Assembly: GCA_038206875.1 (NCBI GenBank)
Contig: JBBRAK010000003.1
Location: forward strand, 24,034-88,033
From: Candidatus Saccharimonadales bacterium
Lineage (GTDB): Bacteria; Patescibacteriota; Saccharimonadia; Saccharimonadales; JBBQAJ01
DNA length: 64,000 nucleotides
Direction: 5' to 3'
The notes below the pieces were generated by a model. The model was not told the origin of the DNA, searched no databases, and saw only the letters and a program-made list of their open reading frames with translations. This document shows positions 46,124 to 54,130 of the stretch, piece after piece; the stretch's first letter is position 1; each line of letters opens with the position of its first letter. Made by a program: the position numbers and the translations under genes.

Positions 46124-46555
46124 TTAACCACCCAGTCTATTCCCTATAAACGCAACTAAAACTGTCGCCAAAAGTACTATCCCAAGTCCTATTACAGCAT
46201 TTACTATAGTTGCCATGGCAGCCTCGATGTTCTTTGGCTCTCCTTGGCTAGCCATATATTTATAGCCACCCATTATTATAAATACCACGGCGGCTAACGC
46301 TCCTGCACGTAGTAGGATGTCGATAACCGCCAAACCTATCTGTACAACATAATCGCTCCATATAATTTCAGCTCCACTTCTGCCAAAAAAACCACACCCT
46401 AAATCATGCCCACTAACCGTTTGAGGACGATAGTCTTTTATATACTTATACCAGGTAGGGAAAATCCCTAGAAATGTCTTATTTCTGTCAGCGTTACATT
46501 CTGCGGCAGTAGACCCGAAATAAATTGGAATTTGTGAAATTATCCAGTAGATCAT
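46124..46555 (-). CDS. T4SS pilin-like protein, paralog 5
   Basis: 143 aa with a divergent aromatic-rich N-terminal part carrying two Cys. The core is GGYKYMASQGEPKNIEAAMATIVNAVIGL. There is a 0-nt gap to paralog 4. Confidence 0.55.
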   Translation of the reverse strand: MIYWIISQIPIYFGSTAAECNADRNKTFLGIFPTWYKYIKDYRPQTVSGHDLGCGFFGRSGAEIIWSDYVVQIGLAVIDILLRAGALAAVVFIIMGGYKYMASQGEPKNIEAAMATIVNAVIGLGIVLLATVLVAFIGNRLGG

Positions 46556-46564
46556 ATTGGCTCC

Positions 46565-47224
46565 TTAAAGTAATCCCCCGGGTATAATGTACTGCAAAAA
46601 CGCAAAAGTTATACCATACCCTACCAGCGCCAAAACCGCCTGTGCTATGTGTTTTTTGGCTTTCGCAACCGCATTTGGGTCTTCACCAGCAGCTGAATAT
46701 TGTATTCCACCAAAGATAATCATAATGGTCACTACTATACCAACAAGCACTGACAGGGCGTTAATAAGTTGGTTCAGGCGAAGAATAATTCTACAGTTTC
46801 CAGAGTTCAAATCAACTACTTTGCAGTCTGCATTATCTAAAATATTGTCACCACTTGCAGTGTATCCTCCGTTATTTCTACAGATTACGTCGGTAGAGTC
46901 GCCTGGGGCCCCCGTCTGAAGCGTATCGTCGTTACACCTAACCGTATTGCCAGTCTTTTTAAAAGGAGCATTATTGCAATCAGCCTCGGTTCCCAACAAA
47001 TCACCATTAATTGCAGCGTACTGGTAGCATTTATCTGGCTGAATTGTTACTCCTGGAGCAAGTTTTGTAAAACTTGAACAATCAACAAAACCACCTGGGG
47101 CCAGTACATTTTGGTAACAGAGTGCGGCAGCCGCTTGAGACCTGACGGGAAATAGACACATGAATAATAGAAATAACCCGACCACTACCACTGTAATTCG
47201 TTTTATGTTTTGATATAAGATCAT
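46565..47224 (-). CDS. T4SS pilin-like protein, paralog 6 with an extended Cys-rich ectodomain
   Basis: 219 aa. The signal peptide ends SQA. A roughly 130-aa ectodomain carries 10 Cys. The core is GGIQYSAAGEDPNAVAKAKKHIAQAVLAL. It is the first gene of the pilin operon. Confidence 0.6.
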   Translation of the reverse strand: MILYQNIKRITVVVVGLFLLFMCLFPVRSQAAAALCYQNVLAPGGFVDCSSFTKLAPGVTIQPDKCYQYAAINGDLLGTEADCNNAPFKKTGNTVRCNDDTLQTGAPGDSTDVICRNNGGYTASGDNILDNADCKVVDLNSGNCRIILRLNQLINALSVLVGIVVTIMIIFGGIQYSAAGEDPNAVAKAKKHIAQAVLALVGYGITFAFLQYIIPGGLL

Positions 47225-47298
47225 TTGACTTAACTATAGTATCGTAACTAGTAAAAAACAAGCGTATCTGAACTTTTAACACTTGTTGTATACTGGAC

Positions 47299-50200
47299 AT
47301 GAAAGTAATTATGCTCATGGTTAACAAACATCGGTTATTCAGCACTTTGATTGTTTTGACGTTTATATTAAGCGGTATTTTTGTATTCCTAGCGCCTAAA
47401 ACTGTTTACGCTGCTGAAACTGGAGCCGTAATTGATCGCTCGACTATCAAAATCGGAGATCGTGTATTTTTTGATGGTGACATAGATACTAATTTTAAAT
47501 ACGAAGAGAAAAATCCCACCGATAGCTGTGCTGACCATATCAGTGGCTTTAGTAATGACAGTCTAAAGGGCACAAAAACGCCCTCCAAAGCAACTTTGGT
47601 GGTCGGTAAAAGTGGGGGAGCCGGTTCATCCAAATGTAATTACACAAACGAAACGATAACTTTTACAAATGATGGAAATTTCGCAAAAGCATTTGTGTGG
47701 ATTGACGAAAACACTGTTGGGGGCTCCGATGGCAAACTGACCTTTAAACGAGATGGCAAAACCAGTACTTTCGTAAGTGATAAAGACAAAGCCGGATGTA
47801 GAGATACCATCACGGTAGCTGGCGACAACAAATCACTATCCCTGGTGGAGAGAGTAGGTGGTACTGCTGACACTGCGCCGACTGCGAGTCACGGTTATGA
47901 TTGGTATCCCTTCAACCCTGGGTCTAGGTCGTTTAATAAATCTACAGACTGCTGGGAAGCACCCAAAATTAACGGTATACAGATGAGTGGTTCACCCGAA
48001 AAAGGCAACGAAGGTTCCGCTTCTGGTAGTGCTTCTGGAGCAACAGAGAACCAACCTTCTTGTGAGTCAGAAGGAGGCGAATCCAGCTGGATACTTTGCT
48101 CTGCGCTACGTATTGCAAGTAGTTTTTTGTCATTTATAGATGAAAAACTTAACTCGTTTCTAACCGTACCGAGCAGTTATTATGCTAGCCCCCAAGTCGT
48201 AATTGCCTGGGAGAGAATGCGAAATATTGCATATCTTATATTGGTACCAGTTATGTTAGTTATGGTAATAAGCACGGCATTGGGCTTCGAATTTATAAGT
48301 GCCTACACTTTTAAAAAGGCACTTCCGCGTATGTTTGTGGCTGTATTGTTTATTGCTTTGTCACTAGAAATTACCAAATTTTTAGTGATACTTACTAACG
48401 AATTAGGTCAGGGGGTGTTGGGTCTAGTGACCTCTGCTTTCAATGGAGCGTCTGACATAACTCTGGCGAGTTTATTCAACCCAGGAAGCGCAGAAGGGGC
48501 TCTGTTTACTGGCGGGGTTATAGTTGGTGGTGCATTGGCTATAGGAATAATTCCAGTTCTACTTCTATATTTGGCAAGTGCAGGATTAGCGCTGGCGATT
48601 GCGGTTTTTGCGCTGGCGTTTAGACAAATGCTTCTGATAGCTTTTATGATTTTGGCTCCTATCGCTATAATTGCCTGGATCTTCCCCGGCAACGACAAAC
48701 TTTGGAAACTCTGGTGGGGAGCGTTCTCGAAATTATTGCTGATATTCCCACTTATTATGTTTTTGATTGGTAGTGGTAGAGCCTTCGCCGCACTAGTACA
48801 AGATAGTGGTTCGCATGACTTTATAGCCACAATATTAATTTTGGCGGCATACATTGGGCCGTTCTTCTTTATACCAGCCATGTTCAAATTTGCTGGTGGA
48901 ATTTTTGGCACTATTACTGGAATGGTAAACGACCGAGGCAAAGGTGCCTTTGACAGGTTGAGAGGTGCCCGCAAAAAAGGCTACGAAAAAGCTTGGCACC
49001 GCGCAAAAGAAGGCAATTACTACAAAGGCGGTAAAGAAGGCAATTGGCGACAAAAACTTAACACCGGAATTATGGGCGGAACGCTAATTCCAGAATCAGG
49101 ACTGCACCCTGCTCGCTTTAAAGAAAATATGACTCATGCTATGGGTCGCCGAGATTTAATGGAGTCTGAAGAATTTTTGAAAACAGCCGAAGGTCGACAG
49201 CTTCAAGACGATGATATAGCTGCTGCTACTGAAGAAGCAGGTGGTGATGAGGCTAAATTTAGAAAAATCTTGGCAGATCGTGCTTATGAGCGATTTGGAG
49301 GAGAAGAAAATGCCGATGCCATGAATGGTGCCGTAGCAAGTTGGAAGGCCATGAGTAGAAGGCATGGTGCAGAAAAAATTAAACTTGCAGCACTTCGTAG
49401 CAGATTTAATAGCTCGACCGGGTGGAACAATGAAAAAGTATATAAAAGAGAGGAGAATGGTGACTTTGCGCTTGACGAAAACAAGAAACGGATACAAGAA
49501 ACATGGACCCAGGAAGACTTCGAAAACGGGGATTGTACCGAGGGTCAGATCGGTGATGGCAAAGTCAGGTACACCGCGTCTGGTGACATGCTTAAATCAA
49601 TAAATAATGTATCTGGGGGCAATCGTCTACTGTCAACGCAATTACTGGCAGAAGCCCGAGCAGGACAAACACGCGCAGGTCGTGATGACACAGGTGGAGC
49701 TGGATACTCTGACACTGCTATAGAAATGGACAGACTTCATCGTGGTGACAAAGTCGATGTGATTGACAAAGAAACTGGCAAAGTAGTTGTAGGTGCAGAC
49801 GGCAAAGCCGTACAACGAGATTACACCATAGAAGATGCTACTAAGGGAGTTACAAAGTCCTTCATTAAGGGCAAAAACGTTCACGAAATATTTAGAAGTG
49901 GTAAAGGCAAAGTTGCTGAAGCTGTGGCTCCGGTAATGCTAGAAATGACCACCGATGCAATTAACGCTGCGGAAAGCAAGCACTCGGGTAGAATATCTGA
50001 AATAGACGCTGAAATAGAGCAAATTAGCACTCAACCAAGTAATGTTCAAAGCACACTAGGACAACAACAAATCGATGCTATTACTGCCGATCCAAGCCTT
50101 AACAGACAAGAGAAGTTGGCTAGAATTCAAGCAATAGCTGAACATCCTCCTTTAACACAACAAGCCGAAGCAAGAGTCGACATCCTCCGTGCTGAAAAAA

Positions 50201-50628
50201 ATCAGCGAGTCGAACAACAAACAACAGAGGTTATCCGTACTTTGGCACAAGAACAGATGAAACACAGTGTCGCTGCTAGTTCCTCAGCTGATGTGGCAAG
50301 AATTATGGGTGATCAAGTATTTAACAAACCTATTTCACTAGAACATTTCCCTCAAGAACTACAGGCTAAAATTTTTGAAAGAACCAAAACCACCACCCCT
50401 ACCCGTGGCCAAGTATACGATGCCATGCGTGACGACCCAGTCTGGGGTGCCTACACCAAAGAATATGGCGTGCGTCCTGGTGGCGGATTTGATATGTCAT
50501 CACGCATGAGACAACTACAAGAACAAGGAGCTACAGCCGAAGCTGCCCAAGCACAAGCAGCCGCAGAAGCGAGAGCTGCCCAAGCAAATGAAGAAGCAGA
50601 TGCCGCAGCCAGAGGTCCACTCGGTTAA
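47299..50628 (+). CDS. giant polytopic membrane protein, VirB6/TrbL-like candidate
   Basis: 1109 aa. It has a signal peptide, a roughly 270-aa exported N-domain, at least six TM helices (about aa 300-560) and a roughly 550-aa cytoplasmic tail ending in an Ala/Gln/Glu-rich coiled coil. Its position between the pilins and VirB4 supports the call, but I have no sequence-level proof of VirB6 homology. Confidence 0.5.
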   Translation: MKVIMLMVNKHRLFSTLIVLTFILSGIFVFLAPKTVYAAETGAVIDRSTIKIGDRVFFDGDIDTNFKYEEKNPTDSCADHISGFSNDSLKGTKTPSKATLVVGKSGGAGSSKCNYTNETITFTNDGNFAKAFVWIDENTVGGSDGKLTFKRDGKTSTFVSDKDKAGCRDTITVAGDNKSLSLVERVGGTADTAPTASHGYDWYPFNPGSRSFNKSTDCWEAPKINGIQMSGSPEKGNEGSASGSASGATENQPSCESEGGESSWILCSALRIASSFLSFIDEKLNSFLTVPSSYYASPQVVIAWERMRNIAYLILVPVMLVMVISTALGFEFISAYTFKKALPRMFVAVLFIALSLEITKFLVILTNELGQGVLGLVTSAFNGASDITLASLFNPGSAEGALFTGGVIVGGALAIGIIPVLLLYLASAGLALAIAVFALAFRQMLLIAFMILAPIAIIAWIFPGNDKLWKLWWGAFSKLLLIFPLIMFLIGSGRAFAALVQDSGSHDFIATILILAAYIGPFFFIPAMFKFAGGIFGTITGMVNDRGKGAFDRLRGARKKGYEKAWHRAKEGNYYKGGKEGNWRQKLNTGIMGGTLIPESGLHPARFKENMTHAMGRRDLMESEEFLKTAEGRQLQDDDIAAATEEAGGDEAKFRKILADRAYERFGGEENADAMNGAVASWKAMSRRHGAEKIKLAALRSRFNSSTGWNNEKVYKREENGDFALDENKKRIQETWTQEDFENGDCTEGQIGDGKVRYTASGDMLKSINNVSGGNRLLSTQLLAEARAGQTRAGRDDTGGAGYSDTAIEMDRLHRGDKVDVIDKETGKVVVGADGKAVQRDYTIEDATKGVTKSFIKGKNVHEIFRSGKGKVAEAVAPVMLEMTTDAINAAESKHSGRISEIDAEIEQISTQPSNVQSTLGQQQIDAITADPSLNRQEKLARIQAIAEHPPLTQQAEARVDILRAEKNQRVEQQTTEVIRTLAQEQMKHSVAASSSADVARIMGDQVFNKPISLEHFPQELQAKIFERTKTTTPTRGQVYDAMRDDPVWGAYTKEYGVRPGGGFDMSSRMRQLQEQGATAEAAQAQAAAEARAAQANEEADAAARGPLG

Positions 50629-50647
50629 TCATTGGTAAAGCCTAATG

Positions 50648-50676
50648 TTGACATATGTGCATGCTTATGCTAATAT
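50648..50676 (+). promoter_or_regulatory. near-consensus sigma-70 promoter internal to the T4SS-like operon
   Basis: TTGACA - 17 nt - TAATAT. The -10 box ends 9 nt before the ATG at 50686, giving a very short or absent leader with no SD. Confidence 0.5.
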
Positions 50677-50685
50677 ACACATACT

Positions 50686-51927
50686 ATGTCTCGCCCAGGA
50701 CAGCCAACACCAAACACAGCACCAAACCCAACAACACCTGAACACCCAGTATTGAGTAGAGTCGGAGGACTAGCACTAACTGCACTTGGTGGCTACGCAC
50801 TGCACAAAGGATTCCACGCGGAAGTATTTGGAAATCCTGCCGAAGCCATGGGTACTCCCGCCGGAGAAGTTATAGAAGCCACTGTTATTGCCAGCACTAT
50901 AGCAATAACTGGTTTGCGTACATGTGTTACGGATGCGCGTCTCGGAATTGCTAGTCATCGAGCCAAAAAAGCTGAAGAAGCTGAAGAAAAAGCAGAACAG
51001 GCGGCCAAATTAATAAAAAACAGTAACACCCGAATTATGCAAGGAAGATATAAGGAGGATAGAAGAATCAAAGAAGTTTCAATCGATTTATCTTTACCAG
51101 CAGTGAAAAAGCGAGCTGAGAAACGGGCAAAGGATAATATGAAAAACTTTAAGCGTATCAGAGATGGGAAACCCGTTATATCAGAAACCAACGATAAAGA
51201 TGGCGATAGAACACCACAAGACATTAAATCTACCCGTCGCAGTATATTACACCCCTTCCGTGAGCCAGGTATTACTCCTAGCAGAAGCTGGAGACACAAC
51301 CGCGCAGTCAACAAAATGGTACGACAACGAAATAAAAGAAACAAAATAGAGAATGAAGAATACAGCACTCGTAGATGGATGGGTAACGGCACACATTTTG
51401 AAACTGATTATCGCAATCCAGAGCCACTTTCGGCCACCGACGACCTTGGTACAGTAATAGGCTGGAAGCGCTTCATGCAAACTCCAAGAACAAGACTTGA
51501 AGTACGTGGCTACAGAAGAGCCGTCAAGACTGCCACGCACGAACATCATCATGCAGACAAAATAACAGAAACTACACATGAAAAAACCGTAGGGCGCGCC
51601 GAGGCAAAAGTCGAAAGAATCAAAGAGCGCAAAGTAAAACAACAGAGAAAAATCGAAAAACTACAAGACAAAAAAGAACGAATAGCCGCGCGCGAAGACA
51701 TCCCGAGCAGAATTTATGACAAAACCAAAAGCAAAGCAAAATCAGGAGCTATCAAAACAGGTAGGGCGGGTAGAAAATGGGCTCGTGGCATATCTAAAGC
51801 ACCTGACACTTTTCGTGACGCTCAAAATGGTAGGGTTGGTAATTCCGGACGCCTACAAAATAGAATGAATAGATTAGCTCGAAATTTAGGTCAGCGACGC
51901 GCTCGCAGTAGCGCCAGCACATCGTAA
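50686..51927 (+). CDS. hypothetical highly basic (Lys/Arg-rich) protein with N-terminal hydrophobic segments
   Basis: 413 aa. Two hydrophobic segments lie near the N-terminus (VGGLALTALGGYAL, VIASTIAITGL). The remainder is dominated by K/R/E runs (RAKKAEEAEEKAEQAAK, KERKVKQQRKIEKLQDKKER, GQRRARSSAS). Confidence 0.5.
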   Translation: MSRPGQPTPNTAPNPTTPEHPVLSRVGGLALTALGGYALHKGFHAEVFGNPAEAMGTPAGEVIEATVIASTIAITGLRTCVTDARLGIASHRAKKAEEAEEKAEQAAKLIKNSNTRIMQGRYKEDRRIKEVSIDLSLPAVKKRAEKRAKDNMKNFKRIRDGKPVISETNDKDGDRTPQDIKSTRRSILHPFREPGITPSRSWRHNRAVNKMVRQRNKRNKIENEEYSTRRWMGNGTHFETDYRNPEPLSATDDLGTVIGWKRFMQTPRTRLEVRGYRRAVKTATHEHHHADKITETTHEKTVGRAEAKVERIKERKVKQQRKIEKLQDKKERIAAREDIPSRIYDKTKSKAKSGAIKTGRAGRKWARGISKAPDTFRDAQNGRVGNSGRLQNRMNRLARNLGQRRARSSASTS

Positions 51928-51976
51928 CAGTAAAAATACTTACTCTTGACTCACGTCTAATGACCCTAGATACTTA

Positions 51977-53086
51977 TTGCTAGTGGCTACTTATAAAGTA
52001 ATTCAAGATATTGAGTCAGAAGACAAGCTGTTGGGGCCTCTAACGCTTCGCCAGTTTGTGTATGCTTCACTTGTTTGCATCATGGGTTTTGTGGCATTCA
52101 AAATGGCTGCCATAAGTTTATATTTGATACTCCCTTTTCTCCCCCCTATGGCGTTTTTCGGGCTACTTGCTGCGCCTTTTGGACACGACCAGTCGTCTGA
52201 AGTTTGGTTACTTGCCAAAATTCGTTTTATGCTAAAACCCCGTCGCCGTATCTGGAACCAAGACGGTATGCAACAACTAGTTTCTATTACAGTGCCCAAA
52301 AGAGTTGAAAAACATCTTACCGATGGACTATCGCAAACAGAAGTCAAAAGCCGATTAAACGCGCTGGCAAGCACTATCGACAGTCGTGGATGGGCGGTCA
52401 AAAACGTAAATGTTAATTTGTACAACCAACCCTCGTATCTTTCCGGAGGGCAAAATGATTCCGACAGACTAGTAGAGGGAACTAGCTTGCCACAAGTTGT
52501 TTCGAATGTGGAAGTTTTGGCTGCGGACGACATGTTGGACCCCGCCAACAACCCAACCGCAAGACACCTAGACTCCATGATTACCCAATCAGAACAAAAT
52601 CATCGTCAGACTTTGGTTAGCTCAATCCAAAACGGACAAGCCCCCCCAGACCCACCTGCTGATTATTGGTTCATGAATCAACCCACCACCCCTCCCAAGT
52701 TAAAAGCAGGCTACACAACTTTTAATAGTAACTCGGCAATATTGCCCGGCACACCTCCTGTAAGTGACCCCGAAACACAAACCACCACAGTAGATGAAGA
52801 AACTCTACTTAAGCAATTACATGAAGAACGCTCCAAGCCCAACCCCGCCAATGGGCATATGAAAATATTAGACTCGACAGGATCAAAACCAACAAAAAAT
52901 CACTCAAAATCTGGCCACAAACAAAAGCACGATGACAAGATACAATCAACTGTTCCTAACAACCCTAATCCTGCTATAATGAGACTCGCCGGTAATGATG
53001 ATTTAAACGTATCAACGCTCGCCAGGGAAGCTGACAAAGTAGGCAAAAAATTTCCTGACGATGAAGTTGTTATTTCACTTCGCTAA
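51977..53086 (+). CDS. PrgI-family (VirB3-like) T4SS membrane protein with a long C-terminal extension
   Basis: The N-terminus YKVIQDIESEDKLLGPLTLRQFVYASLVCIMGFVAF followed by a second TM helix is the PrgI-family hallmark as I recall it. The C-terminal 200 aa is low-complexity. Confidence 0.55.
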   Translation: MLVATYKVIQDIESEDKLLGPLTLRQFVYASLVCIMGFVAFKMAAISLYLILPFLPPMAFFGLLAAPFGHDQSSEVWLLAKIRFMLKPRRRIWNQDGMQQLVSITVPKRVEKHLTDGLSQTEVKSRLNALASTIDSRGWAVKNVNVNLYNQPSYLSGGQNDSDRLVEGTSLPQVVSNVEVLAADDMLDPANNPTARHLDSMITQSEQNHRQTLVSSIQNGQAPPDPPADYWFMNQPTTPPKLKAGYTTFNSNSAILPGTPPVSDPETQTTTVDEETLLKQLHEERSKPNPANGHMKILDSTGSKPTKNHSKSGHKQKHDDKIQSTVPNNPNPAIMRLAGNDDLNVSTLAREADKVGKKFPDDEVVISLR

Positions 53087-53110
53087 AATGCGCAAAATCA
53101 AAGTTGCAGG

Positions 53111-54130
53111 GTGGGAAGAAAATTAATGGATCCAAATAATACACCCCAATTTGCTCAGCAATCTACTTCAAATACAGCGACCGGTGATGGTGGCCCGGTT
53201 GACCCGTATCCCAATACTGCACCCCAGCCACAAGTAGCAAACTCCCAACAATACTCAGCGCCACAATATCCTAACCCAACACAACCACCCCCTCAGTTTG
53301 CTCCGCCTAATCCTGGCTTTGCGGGGCAACCACTGCCTCAATATGCTCAACCACAGGGTCCTGGACAACCGGGTAGCCAAGTACCACAACCACATCTAAA
53401 ATCTAACCCAAATAGCACACAAAACACCCTTCAAATCGCCGAAATACGTGACGGGATAGTTATAATGAACGACGGTAGCTTTCGGTCCGTTGTTATGGTC
53501 AAGTCTATCAACTTTGACCTCATGAGCCCGCAAGAGCGCGAAGCAGTAGAGTTTAGCTACCAAGGATTTTTAAATTCACTTTTTTTCCCAATCCAAATTT
53601 TCATTCGTTCTCAAAAAATAGACTTGCGACCATACATAGACCGCTTAGACAAAATCCGCACTGAACACGACAATATGCTTCTTGCTCTTCTAATGGAAGA
53701 TTACATCGGATTTATTGCCGATTTATCACAACAAACTAACATTATGGACAAAAAATTCTACGTAGTAGTTCCTTACTTTCCAGTGGCAGATATTACTAAA
53801 GCAATTACCCAAAGTAAAAATTTCTTTAGTGGCCTAAAAGGCATGTTCAACAACAAAGAACAGCATGTAACTATAAATGAAGCTGATTTGAACAAAGCTA
53901 AGGACGAACTTAGAAATCGTGTTCAGGCAGTAATGTCGGGGTTACTTCAGTGTAATGTTCAAGGACTTCCACTTGACACTCAAGAGCTAATTGAACTGTA
54001 TTACGACACCTATAATCCAGATACAGCCACCCGTCAACAGCTAAAAAACTTTAATGATTTGTCTACGCCTGTGATAGAAAAAGGACAGGGAACGGCATAC
54101 CAACCCGGACTCGACAAGGAACTAAAATAA
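53111..54130 (+). CDS. T4SS accessory protein resembling the N-terminal domain of Gram-positive VirB4 ATPases
   Basis: A Q/P-rich N-terminal 100 aa is followed by IAEIRDGIVIMNDGSFRSVVMVKSINFDLMSPQEREAVEFSYQGFLNSL..PIQIFIRSQKIDL. There is no Walker motif. Its stop overlaps the virB4 start (TAATG). Confidence 0.45.
   Translation: MGRKLMDPNNTPQFAQQSTSNTATGDGGPVDPYPNTAPQPQVANSQQYSAPQYPNPTQPPPQFAPPNPGFAGQPLPQYAQPQGPGQPGSQVPQPHLKSNPNSTQNTLQIAEIRDGIVIMNDGSFRSVVMVKSINFDLMSPQEREAVEFSYQGFLNSLFFPIQIFIRSQKIDLRPYIDRLDKIRTEHDNMLLALLMEDYIGFIADLSQQTNIMDKKFYVVVPYFPVADITKAITQSKNFFSGLKGMFNNKEQHVTINEADLNKAKDELRNRVQAVMSGLLQCNVQGLPLDTQELIELYYDTYNPDTATRQQLKNFNDLSTPVIEKGQGTAYQPGLDKELK

Noticed and set aside
48408-48974. 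188-aa minus-strand ORF, plus similar antisense ORFs at 50955..51392, 52003..52578, 56698..57132 and 59388..59889
   Set aside because: All lie antisense inside long plus-strand genes of the T4SS-like operon and lack start signals and motifs. They are shadow frames.
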